Origin: an uncultured Alphaproteobacteria bacterium
GTDB lineage: Bacteria > Pseudomonadota > Alphaproteobacteria > CAAHEQ01 > UBA3637
Length of the DNA stretch: 35,042 nt
Assembly (NCBI GenBank): GCA_947629595.1
Contig: CANREI010000002.1
Span: 1-35,042 of the forward strand
Reading direction: 5' to 3'
The notes below the pieces were generated by a model. That model was not told the DNA's origin, made no database searches, and worked only from the letters and a program-made list of their open reading frames with translations. A program made the translations under genes and the position numbers. Numbering within the stretch: position 1 is the stretch's first letter; every line of letters begins with the position of its first letter. Positions 8,910-17,640 of the stretch are shown one piece after another.

Positions 8910-9739
8910 AATTTTTTTCTCCATAAAATCATTTTAAAAATTTTAATCAATAAAACATTATTTTTAGTCACTTTTTTCCTGTATACAAAAAACAACAGTT
9001 TTCTGAAAAAAAGACAATCAAAAATTGACTTTTTGTTCAGAATATCTTTAATTTCATATCCTTGATTTAACACCAAACACCCGAATACTCTTTCCATCAC
9101 ATGCGCTAATCCGACTTGTTGATGCGTTGAATCCGACAGTTCAAAATCCGCCATTTTCAAATTTAATTTTTTAAGCGGCTTTAAAATATTTGCCCGCACA
9201 ATAAATTGCGTTCCCGCCACATAACCGAATCGTTTTGCTTCAATTTCACACTTTTTTAAAAGCGCAACGGCTTTTTGTGCCGCCTCATCCGTTTCTTTTC
9301 CCGCAATGAGATGATAATTATCAATCATACCGATTTTCGGATTATTTTCCAATGCCCTCAAAACAGCTTTAAAATTATTTTTTGTTTTGATAAACTCTTG
9401 GGCATATTTTCTCCATTTGTTTTTACTCATATCATAATAATGACACACAGCCCCTATCGGCATATTTCTCTTGGTATGCAATTTAACAACATATCGATAA
9501 TGATTTAAATTCACTTTATTTAAAACATGCAGAAACGGTCCGACATCAAACCCTTTGTTTTCCACAATTTCAAAATGAGCGTTTTTGTTAAAATTGAATA
9601 TATCTTTTGCAATTCTTTTATTTTTTTCAACGGTTGTCACATATAAATCATACGGAACGGCAATATTTTTAAGACAGCTTATCAATTCTGCCGACAGTTC
9701 CGAATAATATATGTGCATAACAACCAGAATCGGTTTCAT
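8906..9739 (-). CDS. Rhamnan synthesis protein F (RgpF)-like polysaccharide biosynthesis protein
   Basis: The PILVVMHIYYSELSAELISCLKNIAVPYDLYVTT N-terminus is typical of the RgpF family. The preferred start is at 9739 (MKPILVV), in an ATGA overlap. Confidence 0.6.
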   Translation of the reverse strand: MKPILVVMHIYYSELSAELISCLKNIAVPYDLYVTTVEKNKRIAKDIFNFNKNAHFEIVENKGFDVGPFLHVLNKVNLNHYRYVVKLHTKRNMPIGAVCHYYDMSKNKWRKYAQEFIKTKNNFKAVLRALENNPKIGMIDNYHLIAGKETDEAAQKAVALLKKCEIEAKRFGYVAGTQFIVRANILKPLKKLNLKMADFELSDSTHQQVGLAHVMERVFGCLVLNQGYEIKDILNKKSIFDCLFFRKLLFFVYRKKVTKNNVLLIKIFKMILWRKKL

Positions 9740-10743
9740 TTTAAATACCACGCTATTGTTTTGATGATTCCCGTATCAAATGTTTCATCGGCATGCCAAC
9801 CGAGCTCGTTTTCCAATTTTGTCGCATCAATCGCATAGCGAAAATCGTGACCGGCTCTGTCTTGAACAAATGTAATTAAATCGGCATATTTAAGCCCGTT
9901 CGAACGGGGTTTCTTTTCATCTAAAACAGCACAGATTGTTTTCACGATTGTTAAATTATTTCGTTCGTTATGCCCGCCGATATTATATGTTTCGCCCGAT
10001 TTTCCTTTATGAAAAATCAAGTCAACGGCTTTACAGTGATCAAGCACATACAGCCAATCGCGCACATTTTCACCTTTGCCGTAAATCGGTAACGGTTGTT
10101 CGGCCAAAGCCTGTTTGATTATATGAGGAATTAACTTTTCATCATGTTGTTTCGGCCCGTAGTTATTTGAACAATTCGAGGTTGTGACATTCATACCGAA
10201 CGTGTGATGATAAGCCCGTACGATAAAATCGGAACTTGCTTTGCTGGCCGAATAGGGACTGTTGGGGGCATAGGGTGTTTTTTCCGTAAAAAATCCTTCT
10301 TTTCCCAAAGCGCCATACACTTCATCGGTTGAAATGTGATGAAAACGACAATCTTCATACCCTTTTTTCACCTTATTCGGCCCGTCCATCCAATAACGAA
10401 AAGCCACATCAATTAAAGTAAAAGTGCCTTCTATGTTTGTTTTAATAAAAGCACCCGGATTTTTAATGGAATTATCCACATGACTTTCCGCCGCAAAATG
10501 AATAACACCGCGAATATCATTTTCTTCAAATAATTTTTCAATGAAATCCCGATTGCAAATATCGCCTTGAACAAAAGTGTAATTTGACAAACCGACACAT
10601 TCTTTTAAGTTGTTCAGGTTGCCGGCATAAGTGAGCTTATCTACATTGATGAGATGATACGCGGGATATTTTTGTGCAAAATAAGGCACAAAGTTAGATC
10701 CGATAAACCCGGCTCCGCCCGTTACCAAAATTGACTTTTTCAT
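9736..10743 (-). CDS. rfbB: dTDP-glucose 4,6-dehydratase
   Basis: Has the SILVTGGAGFIGSNF Rossmann motif, the YSASKASSD catalytic YxxxK and HISTDEVYG. The preferred start is at 10743 (MKKSILV), in an ATGA overlap with the rfbD stop codon. Confidence 0.9.
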   Translation of the reverse strand: MKKSILVTGGAGFIGSNFVPYFAQKYPAYHLINVDKLTYAGNLNNLKECVGLSNYTFVQGDICNRDFIEKLFEENDIRGVIHFAAESHVDNSIKNPGAFIKTNIEGTFTLIDVAFRYWMDGPNKVKKGYEDCRFHHISTDEVYGALGKEGFFTEKTPYAPNSPYSASKASSDFIVRAYHHTFGMNVTTSNCSNNYGPKQHDEKLIPHIIKQALAEQPLPIYGKGENVRDWLYVLDHCKAVDLIFHKGKSGETYNIGGHNERNNLTIVKTICAVLDEKKPRSNGLKYADLITFVQDRAGHDFRYAIDATKLENELGWHADETFDTGIIKTIAWYLK

Positions 10744-11582
10744 TTGTTTTCCTCCAACAATTTGATGCATCTTTTTAACCCGTTTGTCCAATGGGGAATT
10801 TGAATACCGAAATCTTTTTTAATATGTTCCTTACTCAACACGCTGTAAAACGGACGCTTTGCTTTGGTCGGATAATCGGCCGATAAAATCGGCTGCACAC
10901 AACATTTTAAATGCGACATTTCCATAATTTCACGAGCAAAATCATACCAAGAACAAACGCCTTCATCGGTATAGTGATAAATTTTGTTTTGATATGCATC
11001 CGGACGGGGAAGAATTTGAACAATCGCCGCGGCTAAATCTGCCGCATAAGTGGGGCTTCCGATTTGATCGCATACCACATTCAATGTTTCACGCTCCGCC
11101 CCCAATCGCCGCATTGTTTTGACAAAGTTATTTCCATGAGAGGAATACAACCACGCCGTTCGAATAATAAGAGCCCGCGTGCTTTGCATAAGAACAGCTT
11201 CTTCTCCTAATCTTTTTGTTTTCCCGTAAACGGAAAGCGGGTGCGTTTTATCGGCGGGCGTATAGGGTTGAAACCCCGTTCCGTCAAAAACATAATCCGT
11301 GGAGATATGAATCATACGACAACCGGTACCGGCCAAATGGGCAGGCCCCGTTACATTGACGGCTCTTGCTTTTTCTTCATCTTCTTCGGCTTTATCAACG
11401 TTTGTGTAAGCGGCACAGTTGATAACGGTTTCAATTTTGTGTTCCTTCACAAACCTGTTGACCGCTTCTTTGTTTGTAATATCCAACTCCGGCATATCGG
11501 TTAAAACAGCATCAGGCAACAGATGCGCCAATTCGGTTCCCAATTGCCCCTTTGCACCGGTAATTAAAATTTTACTTCCCAT
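10740..11582 (-). CDS. rfbD: dTDP-4-dehydrorhamnose reductase
   Basis: 280 aa with ILITGAKGQLG, HISTDYVFDG and YGKTKRLGE motifs. It lies between rfbC and rfbB. Confidence 0.88.
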   Translation of the reverse strand: MGSKILITGAKGQLGTELAHLLPDAVLTDMPELDITNKEAVNRFVKEHKIETVINCAAYTNVDKAEEDEEKARAVNVTGPAHLAGTGCRMIHISTDYVFDGTGFQPYTPADKTHPLSVYGKTKRLGEEAVLMQSTRALIIRTAWLYSSHGNNFVKTMRRLGAERETLNVVCDQIGSPTYAADLAAAIVQILPRPDAYQNKIYHYTDEGVCSWYDFAREIMEMSHLKCCVQPILSADYPTKAKRPFYSVLSKEHIKKDFGIQIPHWTNGLKRCIKLLEENK

Positions 11583-12135
11583 ACATTTTCTCCCGCCTGA
11601 TTAAATCCGTTAACTTGTCGGCTGTTTTGTCTTTATCCGACGTGATAATTTTATCCGCGGGAATTTTCCAATCCACATTGATTTCGGGATCATCATATCG
11701 AATGCCGCATTCGGATTCTTTACAATAAAAGTTATCGACTTTATAAGCAAAAACAGCCTCATCGCTCAACACGGAAAATCCATGTAAAAAATGGCGCGGA
11801 ATAAACAACTGACGTTGATTTTCATCGGAAAGTTCCACGGCAACATATTTTCCGAACGTACGCGAACCGGGACGAACATCTACGGCCACATCAAGCACTT
11901 TCCCTTTTAAAACGCGAACAAGTTTGGCTTGACTGTGTTCTCCCAGCTGACAATGTAACCCGCGCACAACCCCGTAGGAAGATTTACTTTGATTATCCTG
12001 CACAAAATGATTGGGAATACCGTTTCGGGTAAATTCTTCCTCATTATAACTTTCAAAGAAATAGCCCCGTTGATCTTTAAAAATCTTGGGTTCAACTATC
12101 ATAACCCCCTCTATGTTTGTTTTAATAAAGTTCAT
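11572..12135 (-). CDS. rfbC: dTDP-4-dehydrorhamnose 3,5-epimerase
   Basis: MNFIKTNIEGVMIVEPKIFKDQRGYFFES...RGLHCQ...KLVRVLKGKVLDVAVD matches the RmlC cupin. The start is chosen at MNFIKT (12135); the track starts at 12147. Confidence 0.88.
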   Translation of the reverse strand: MNFIKTNIEGVMIVEPKIFKDQRGYFFESYNEEEFTRNGIPNHFVQDNQSKSSYGVVRGLHCQLGEHSQAKLVRVLKGKVLDVAVDVRPGSRTFGKYVAVELSDENQRQLFIPRHFLHGFSVLSDEAVFAYKVDNFYCKESECGIRYDDPEINVDWKIPADKIITSDKDKTADKLTDLIRREKMYGK

Positions 12136-13009
12136 GCTTTTCCTCATATACCTTTTGTAAATAAGAACGATATGTTCCCGGTTTTAATTCGTTGATTAAA
12201 GCGAGCATTTGCGCATCAGTGATAAAATTTCGTTTATAGGCCAGCTCCTCAATACATCCGATTTTCAATCCTTGCCGTTTTTCAATAATCGATACGAACA
12301 TACCGCTTTCCATAAGACTTTCCGGCGTTCCGGCATCAAGCCAGGCATTACCCCGTCTCATCGGCACAACACTCATACGCCCTTCTTGAAGATACAGATT
12401 ATTTAAATCCGTAATTTCCAATTCCCCGCGGGCCGACGGGCGAAGTCTGCGCGCTTTTTCCACAACATCAGCCGGATAAAAGTAAAGCCCGACCGATGCA
12501 TAATTTGATTTGGGATGTTCGGGCTTTTCCTCAATGGATACGGCTTTATGATTTTCATCAAACGCAACAACACCGAATCTTTCGGGATCCGCAACGTGAT
12601 AGGCAAAAATTGTAGCGGATTTTCCTTCATTTTCAGCCACTTCCTTTTTAAAAGTATCTAACTGATCGCCCATATAGAAAATATTATCGCCCAAAATTAA
12701 ACAAACATCGTCCTGTCCGATAAAATCGGCACCTATGGTAAAGGCTTGCGCGATGCCTTTGGGCTCCTCCTGAACGGCATATTGAACGGACATTCCTAAT
12801 TTGGAACCGTCTCCGAACAACTCTTCAATATCGGGCGTATCCTTCGGCGTGGATATGATTAAAATCTCTTTAATTCCGAACAACATTAACGTTGAAAGGG
12901 GATAATAAATCATGGGCTTATCATAAACGGGCAAAAGCTGTTTTGATGTTGTTTTCGTTAACGGATAAAGCCGTGAACCGCTGCCGCCGGCTAAAATAAT
13001 GCCTTTCAT
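12122..13009 (-). CDS. rfbA: Glucose-1-phosphate thymidylyltransferase
   Basis: MKGIILAGGSGSRLYPLTKTTSKQLLPVYDKPMIYYPL is the canonical RmlA N-terminus. 295 aa. Confidence 0.92.
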   Translation of the reverse strand: MKGIILAGGSGSRLYPLTKTTSKQLLPVYDKPMIYYPLSTLMLFGIKEILIISTPKDTPDIEELFGDGSKLGMSVQYAVQEEPKGIAQAFTIGADFIGQDDVCLILGDNIFYMGDQLDTFKKEVAENEGKSATIFAYHVADPERFGVVAFDENHKAVSIEEKPEHPKSNYASVGLYFYPADVVEKARRLRPSARGELEITDLNNLYLQEGRMSVVPMRRGNAWLDAGTPESLMESGMFVSIIEKRQGLKIGCIEELAYKRNFITDAQMLALINELKPGTYRSYLQKVYEEKHELY

Positions 13010-13896
13010 TTTGATGATGCCTCCTTTATTTTAACGGTTGTTTTACATTTAATAACGGGAAACACGCCGAATAAGTAGCAGGTTGATCGCATTTCCCGTG
13101 TTACGATTTTTAAAACAGGCAAGCCCAGAAAGTTAATTTGTCGAATACGCTTTGCTTTATACAAAAATTCTTCATACAAAGCCGGATTTTCTATCTTCAT
13201 GAAAGAGTAAATCGCATAACTTTTATTTTTCATTTTTTCCAATTGCTTATGCGATGTATTTCCCGCGTGATCACGATACAAAAACAATAATTCGTCTAAA
13301 TTATGGAATTTTGTAAAAGGTATCAGTCGACACCAAAGCGCATAATCTTCCGCCGGAGAAAATTCTTCTTCATAGCGTATATTATTCTCAATCAATACCG
13401 ATTTTCTGATCATTGCCGAGGGGTGTGCAATGGCACATCCGTGCATTAACGCCAGTTTAATATCATGATTATCCGTTAAAACAGAGGAAATTTGCCCTGA
13501 TATTGTTCTTTTCTTTGTTCCGACAACGCCCACATCAGGGTGCTCATCCAAATAGGCAACTTGTTTTTCAAACCGTTCGGGTAAAGAAATATCATCATGA
13601 TCCATGACGGCCAGATATTCGCCTTCGGCTAAATCAATCAACTTATTGCGACTTTTTGAAATACCGAGATTTTTTTCATTTTGAATATATTTAATCCGTT
13701 TATCTTTAAATGAACGAATAATCATTTCCAAGCGCGTATTTTCCGGACTGTCGTTTAAAATTAAAAACTCGAAATCTTTAAATGTTTGAGAAAGTATGCT
13801 TTGAACAGCCTCACGCAGAAATTCTTCTTTTGTATTGTAAACGGGCATTAAAACCGAAACTTTGGGTGCTTGCATCATTTTATCCTTTTTGTTCAA
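13006..13896 (-). CDS. Glycosyltransferase family 2; first gene of the minus-strand polysaccharide operon
   Basis: Carries KVSVLMPVYNTKEEFLREAVQSILSQTFKDFEFLILNDSP and MDHDDIS (the DxD motif). Confidence 0.8.
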   Translation of the reverse strand: MNKKDKMMQAPKVSVLMPVYNTKEEFLREAVQSILSQTFKDFEFLILNDSPENTRLEMIIRSFKDKRIKYIQNEKNLGISKSRNKLIDLAEGEYLAVMDHDDISLPERFEKQVAYLDEHPDVGVVGTKKRTISGQISSVLTDNHDIKLALMHGCAIAHPSAMIRKSVLIENNIRYEEEFSPAEDYALWCRLIPFTKFHNLDELLFLYRDHAGNTSHKQLEKMKNKSYAIYSFMKIENPALYEEFLYKAKRIRQINFLGLPVLKIVTREMRSTCYLFGVFPVIKCKTTVKIKEASSK

Positions 13897-14081
13897 ACAG
13901 ACTTAAAATTTTTGCGTTTCCTAAACAGCACATTTATGATGATAATTTATGAAACCCCGTTTTTTCTTATCAAAAAAACATCGGTTTTCAAAGCACTGTT
14001 TATAAACAATCGGACTATATCATATTTATTTTAATAAAACAAGCATAAAAAAACCTTGTTGAAATTTTAACATTATTTTTC

Positions 14082-14110
14082 TTGAAATGAGGCATAAAAT
14101 CGTGTATAAT
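14082..14110 (+). promoter_or_regulatory. Sigma-70-type promoter of the 570-aa gene
   Basis: TTGAAA (14082-14087), a 17-bp spacer, then TATAAT (14105-14110). A GGGAGA Shine-Dalgarno lies at 14130-14135 and the ATG at 14140. Confidence 0.55.
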
Positions 14111-14139
14111 AACAAAATCATATCTTATCGGGAGAACTG

Positions 14140-15852
14140 ATGATGGCAGTAAATAACAACGAAACCGCACAAGAAATACCTGCGCAGAATTACGGTCAAA
14201 AATTAAAAAAAGTTTTGAAAGAAGCCGAAGAAGTTTTAAAAACAGAAAATGTACAGAAAATTTTTAAAACCGTTATGCCTTCTGTTTATGGAGCCGTTCA
14301 GGCACTCAATACGGCTGATGATTTGCTTTTAAAAAAATCAGAAGCCTCTTCAAACCGTCAGACCTCTTCGCCCTCTCCTGCCAAAAAAGAACTGGCCGTT
14401 TATAAAACGCTTTCCGAAAAAGAATGGCAACAATATTTCGGTTTGATTGATACAACACAGTTAAGTCAGGAACAATCAAAACGATTAAGAACCTATTTAA
14501 AAGACAATGCCGAAAAAGAACCTTATTTACGTCGTTTGGTGCGAGAAACCATTCAACACGGCAAGCCTATCACCGTTTCATCAACCCCCGATGATTGGGA
14601 AAAATTAAAAAATGATAATGCCACAGGCGTTACCGACTGGAAATCAAGGAATATCAGTTTATTACCGGAAGAACTGGTCACGCCTGCCATGTTTCATGAA
14701 ATTCTTCATATCGGACAAGGTGATGACGGACTGGGAGAAGAATCAACCGCCTGTTCGCGTGAAGTGATTCAAAAACAACGTAAACTCATTGAAGCAGAAG
14801 CCATGTCTGTTGACTATTTATGCTATTATGCTCTCAATAATACGCAGGATACCCTTTCCGATGAGCTTGCCAACGGAAAAAATGCTTATGAACCTGATTA
14901 TTTTCGCAAGCTGGTTGAAAAAAACAAAAAAGAACTTCATCAAAAACAAAAAGATATTCCTGCCGATTTAACCGACGAAGAAAAAGAACTTTTTATTCAC
15001 ACGCAAGCCGTTAATCACGCCATGGGGGCATCAATTCATATTTTAATGCAGCCGGAAGGCAAAAAAACGCAAGAAGCAGCTGCTGCTTACGATATTGAAT
15101 TAACAGATAAAGATCTTTGTTTCGTGAACTGGTGGAAACAATTCTATAACAACGATCATAAAAAGTGGATCTGCGGTATTTATTCAAAGGAAGAAGATGA
15201 ACCGACAAATCGTGTTTTTAATTTGAAAAAAATGCAATTTATTCAAAATTATATGACCAATCGTTATCCCGACTTAAAGGGAAAAGATTTTCTGGTTACC
15301 GGCTTAACCGATGCCGAACAAAAATCATGGGATATTCGCGAAAAGGGTCTCTATTACAGTGATTTGTTCTCCGATGAACAAATTAAAGCCATCAATCTTT
15401 ATTACCAAAGCGAAGAAAGAAATATACCATATACATTTTCAAAAGAAGCAGATACGAATCAACCAAAAACACTGCCGCTCACAAATGAAGAAATGAACTA
15501 TTTACAACAACTGGATGAAATTCAAGCCGGCAAAAAAAACGAAACGGATATGGCTATGCCCGCCTCATTAAAAAATTTAATTGAGACACAAGAAAAAACT
15601 TTACAATATCACTCACAAGACAAAGAGCTTGCCGCATTTCAAAAATTGGAAGCTTCCAGAAAGGAATTATTTGAAAAGGAAAATCAACAACCCGATTTAG
15701 CTGCCGCAATCAAACAAAATGCGCAAAAATGTGGTTCATTTATGGGACACGAATTAGAAAGTTTAACTGCCGCAATCAATGCCGCGCAAGAATACAAGGA
15801 AAATGATAACACTTCTTCAACCGCTTCGCGGGAATCGGGAAAAGAGAGGTAA
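14140..15852 (+). CDS. Orphan 570-aa protein with an HExxH zincin-like motif, no signal peptide, and a K/E/Q-rich, probably helical sequence
   Basis: Long ORF behind a consensus promoter and RBS. HEILH lies at residues 186-190 (nt 14695-14709), in the context TPAMFHEILHIGQGDDGLGEES. I recognise no other domain. Confidence 0.6.
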   Translation: MMAVNNNETAQEIPAQNYGQKLKKVLKEAEEVLKTENVQKIFKTVMPSVYGAVQALNTADDLLLKKSEASSNRQTSSPSPAKKELAVYKTLSEKEWQQYFGLIDTTQLSQEQSKRLRTYLKDNAEKEPYLRRLVRETIQHGKPITVSSTPDDWEKLKNDNATGVTDWKSRNISLLPEELVTPAMFHEILHIGQGDDGLGEESTACSREVIQKQRKLIEAEAMSVDYLCYYALNNTQDTLSDELANGKNAYEPDYFRKLVEKNKKELHQKQKDIPADLTDEEKELFIHTQAVNHAMGASIHILMQPEGKKTQEAAAAYDIELTDKDLCFVNWWKQFYNNDHKKWICGIYSKEEDEPTNRVFNLKKMQFIQNYMTNRYPDLKGKDFLVTGLTDAEQKSWDIREKGLYYSDLFSDEQIKAINLYYQSEERNIPYTFSKEADTNQPKTLPLTNEEMNYLQQLDEIQAGKKNETDMAMPASLKNLIETQEKTLQYHSQDKELAAFQKLEASRKELFEKENQQPDLAAAIKQNAQKCGSFMGHELESLTAAINAAQEYKENDNTSSTASRESGKER

Positions 15853-15944
15853 ATAATTTCGGATACATTATTAAGATCAATTTTTACGACTTAAAAAATT
15901 TGTGAAAGTGCATATTTTAAAAGGAAATAAGAATGATTACCCAA

Positions 15945-16430
15945 AAGAAGAACTCAATGATAATACGTCGTGCAACACCGGAAGATGCTCCATTCGTTAA
16001 AAAGGTTCAAGTGGAAACTTATCAAAGTTGTTATCGCGGTTATCTGCCTGATGACGCGTTAGATGCACTGGTTGTCAATGAGGATTATATTCAACGCACT
16101 GCCGCCTATATTCAAAAGACAGAGTGTTGGGTTGCACAAACAGATCATCAGATTATCGGTTTTTCATATATAACCTATCCCGAACCGAATACTTTTGAAA
16201 TCAATGCCTTATATATTCATCCCGATTTTCAACTCAAAGGAATAGGCTCCATGTGGGTATCCGAACTGTGCGCCGAAAAAAAAGAAAAAGGGTTTCAAAA
16301 GCTGGTTGTTTGGACGTTAAAAAACGGTCCGTCTATCGGTTTTTATCAAAAAATGGGATTAACTCAAATTGCCGAAGAAGAGAAAATATGGAAACCTTAT
16401 AATCTCCCCATTATTCGGTTTGAAAAGAAA
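15945..16430 (+). repeat. Direct repeat A (about 486 bp), paired with 19383-19868
   Basis: Aligns without gaps at a fixed offset of 3438 nt. By eye I count about 14 mismatches across the 480-nt GNAT coding part. Confidence 0.9.
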
Positions 16431-16436
16431 TTATAA
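15957..16436 (+). CDS. GNAT-family N-acetyltransferase, copy 1
   Basis: MIIRRATPEDAPFV..., IGFSYI and ALYIHPDFQLKGIGS (the acetyl-CoA Q/RxxGxG motif). The track ORF starts at 15933 (MITQKKNS-). The start shared with copy 2 is 15957. Confidence 0.8.
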   Translation: MIIRRATPEDAPFVKKVQVETYQSCYRGYLPDDALDALVVNEDYIQRTAAYIQKTECWVAQTDHQIIGFSYITYPEPNTFEINALYIHPDFQLKGIGSMWVSELCAEKKEKGFQKLVVWTLKNGPSIGFYQKMGLTQIAEEEKIWKPYNLPIIRFEKKL

Positions 16437-16527
16437 CATGCCGATACCGAATATTAACGAACCGATTTATGCCGGTAAAACAACAAATTCGAAAATTTGC
16501 GTGTAAAAAAAATATCTGACACCGTTT

Positions 16528-17493
16528 TTATGAAAGCTGCTCATTTGATGCGTGACTCGGAAAAATCACGGTCACATGGTTGCCCCATGTGTAAAGATGC
16601 CAATCCATTTCCATACGACCGCCGCAACGAAAACGCACCGTCAGTGTGCCATCGGGATTTTTGCGCATACTTTGAGACGGATGAAATATATAATGAGACG
16701 CTTCATCAGCTGTTTCTTTATCAAAAAGCCATTCCACATCAATCGGATCCTCCTGAAAAACGCCGAAGGATTGTTCCGCATATTTTTGAAGTGAAAAATC
16801 AGTCGGATATACAAATACATCGGGCAAAATTTTAACTTCTTTTACGTTCATTAAAATAAAGTTATGCGGCAAACCGTTTCCAAAGCCGTCGGAATGAATG
16901 GCAACCAGATAGTGATTTCTTTCACCATATAAAAAGCCCAACGGATTAAGCGTATTATAACTGGTTTTTTTGCTGTTTTTATTTTGATACGTGATTCGAA
17001 TTTGATGACAAGACAAAATAGCCTCACGAATAGCGTTTAAAACAGCCTCATCAATTTTAATTTTCGGCCCCGGACGACAGGCAATGCCTTCCGCACGCAT
17101 CAGCTCTTCCGCATCCGGCTCAATTCTGCGAAAAGTTTCCGCCTTTATGGAAGCTTTGATTTTCTTGATAATGCCGTCCAATTGATCGGCTTTTTCATGC
17201 AAATGACTTTTTTGCAAAGCTTCCTTTGCTATATTAAGGCAAGATAACTCATCGGCACTAAATTGAATAATATCGCGCAAGGTTCCCTGCGGAATATACC
17301 ACCGCTTTTCCCGCGTTCCCGAGTCCGTTTCAAGAGCCTGCGGAAAGCGCAATAAAATTAAATCACGCATTCGATCTGCCGTCCGTTTGGAAACACCGAA
17401 ACGATTCATAATATCTTTTAAACTGACGCCTTCACGAGAAGATTGCATCCATACGGCCAGATCAAGCAATTGTTCTGTTTTTTCATAAGACAT
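16528..17493 (-). CDS. WYL-domain transcriptional regulator with BrxR/CapW/YafY-like architecture (wHTH-WYL-WCX)
   Basis: N-terminal wHTH: GVSLKDIMNRFGVSKRTADRMRDLI. Central WYL-type core: HQIRITYQNKNSKKTSYNTLNPLGFLYGERNHYLVAIH...FILMNVKEVKIL. C-terminal region: IDVEWLF...IFHPSQSMRKNPDGTLTVRF...WGNHVTVIFPS. I prefer the start at 17493 (MSYEKTEQ), which has an AGAGAGG RBS. The track start at 17517 would lie upstream of the predicted transcription start site. Confidence 0.8.
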   Translation of the reverse strand: MSYEKTEQLLDLAVWMQSSREGVSLKDIMNRFGVSKRTADRMRDLILLRFPQALETDSGTREKRWYIPQGTLRDIIQFSADELSCLNIAKEALQKSHLHEKADQLDGIIKKIKASIKAETFRRIEPDAEELMRAEGIACRPGPKIKIDEAVLNAIREAILSCHQIRITYQNKNSKKTSYNTLNPLGFLYGERNHYLVAIHSDGFGNGLPHNFILMNVKEVKILPDVFVYPTDFSLQKYAEQSFGVFQEDPIDVEWLFDKETADEASHYIFHPSQSMRKNPDGTLTVRFRCGGRMEMDWHLYTWGNHVTVIFPSHASNEQLS

Positions 17494-17515
17494 GGAACCT
17501 CTCTTTCGAAAATAC

Positions 17516-17544
17516 ATTTTACGAAATTTTCTTTAAAAAGACAA
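17516..17544 (-). promoter_or_regulatory. Putative promoter of the WYL regulator gene
   Basis: Minus-strand TTGTCT (17544-17539), a 17-bp spacer, then TAAAAT (17521-17516). Confidence 0.35.
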
Positions 17545-17589
17545 GAAAAATACGTCAATATCTGACAACATTTTGTTTTATTTTATTTC

Positions 17590-17619
17590 TTGACAACCTT
17601 ACAATTGTATTTTAATAAT
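17590..17619 (+). promoter_or_regulatory. Putative promoter of the PD-(D/E)XK gene
   Basis: Consensus -35 TTGACA (17590-17595), an 18-bp spacer, then AATAAT (17614-17619). AAGGAG lies at 17628-17633, 7 nt before the ATG at 17641. The TTG that the ORF track treats as a start codon is this -35 element. Confidence 0.45.
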
Positions 17620-17640
17620 TATCAGAAAAGGAGCATACTT

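Noticed and set aside
14140-16436. GNAT toxin-antitoxin pair of the TacT/AtaT type.
   Set aside because: Those systems pair the GNAT with a small RHH or DUF1778 antitoxin encoded immediately upstream. Here the upstream gene is a 570-aa HExxH protein separated by about 100 bp.
16497-16835. Plus-strand ORFs 16497-16835 and 16552-16794, plus minus-strand ORF 17599-17916.
   Set aside because: They are antisense to the well-supported WYL regulator and PD-(D/E)XK genes respectively. They have no RBS and no recognisable motifs.
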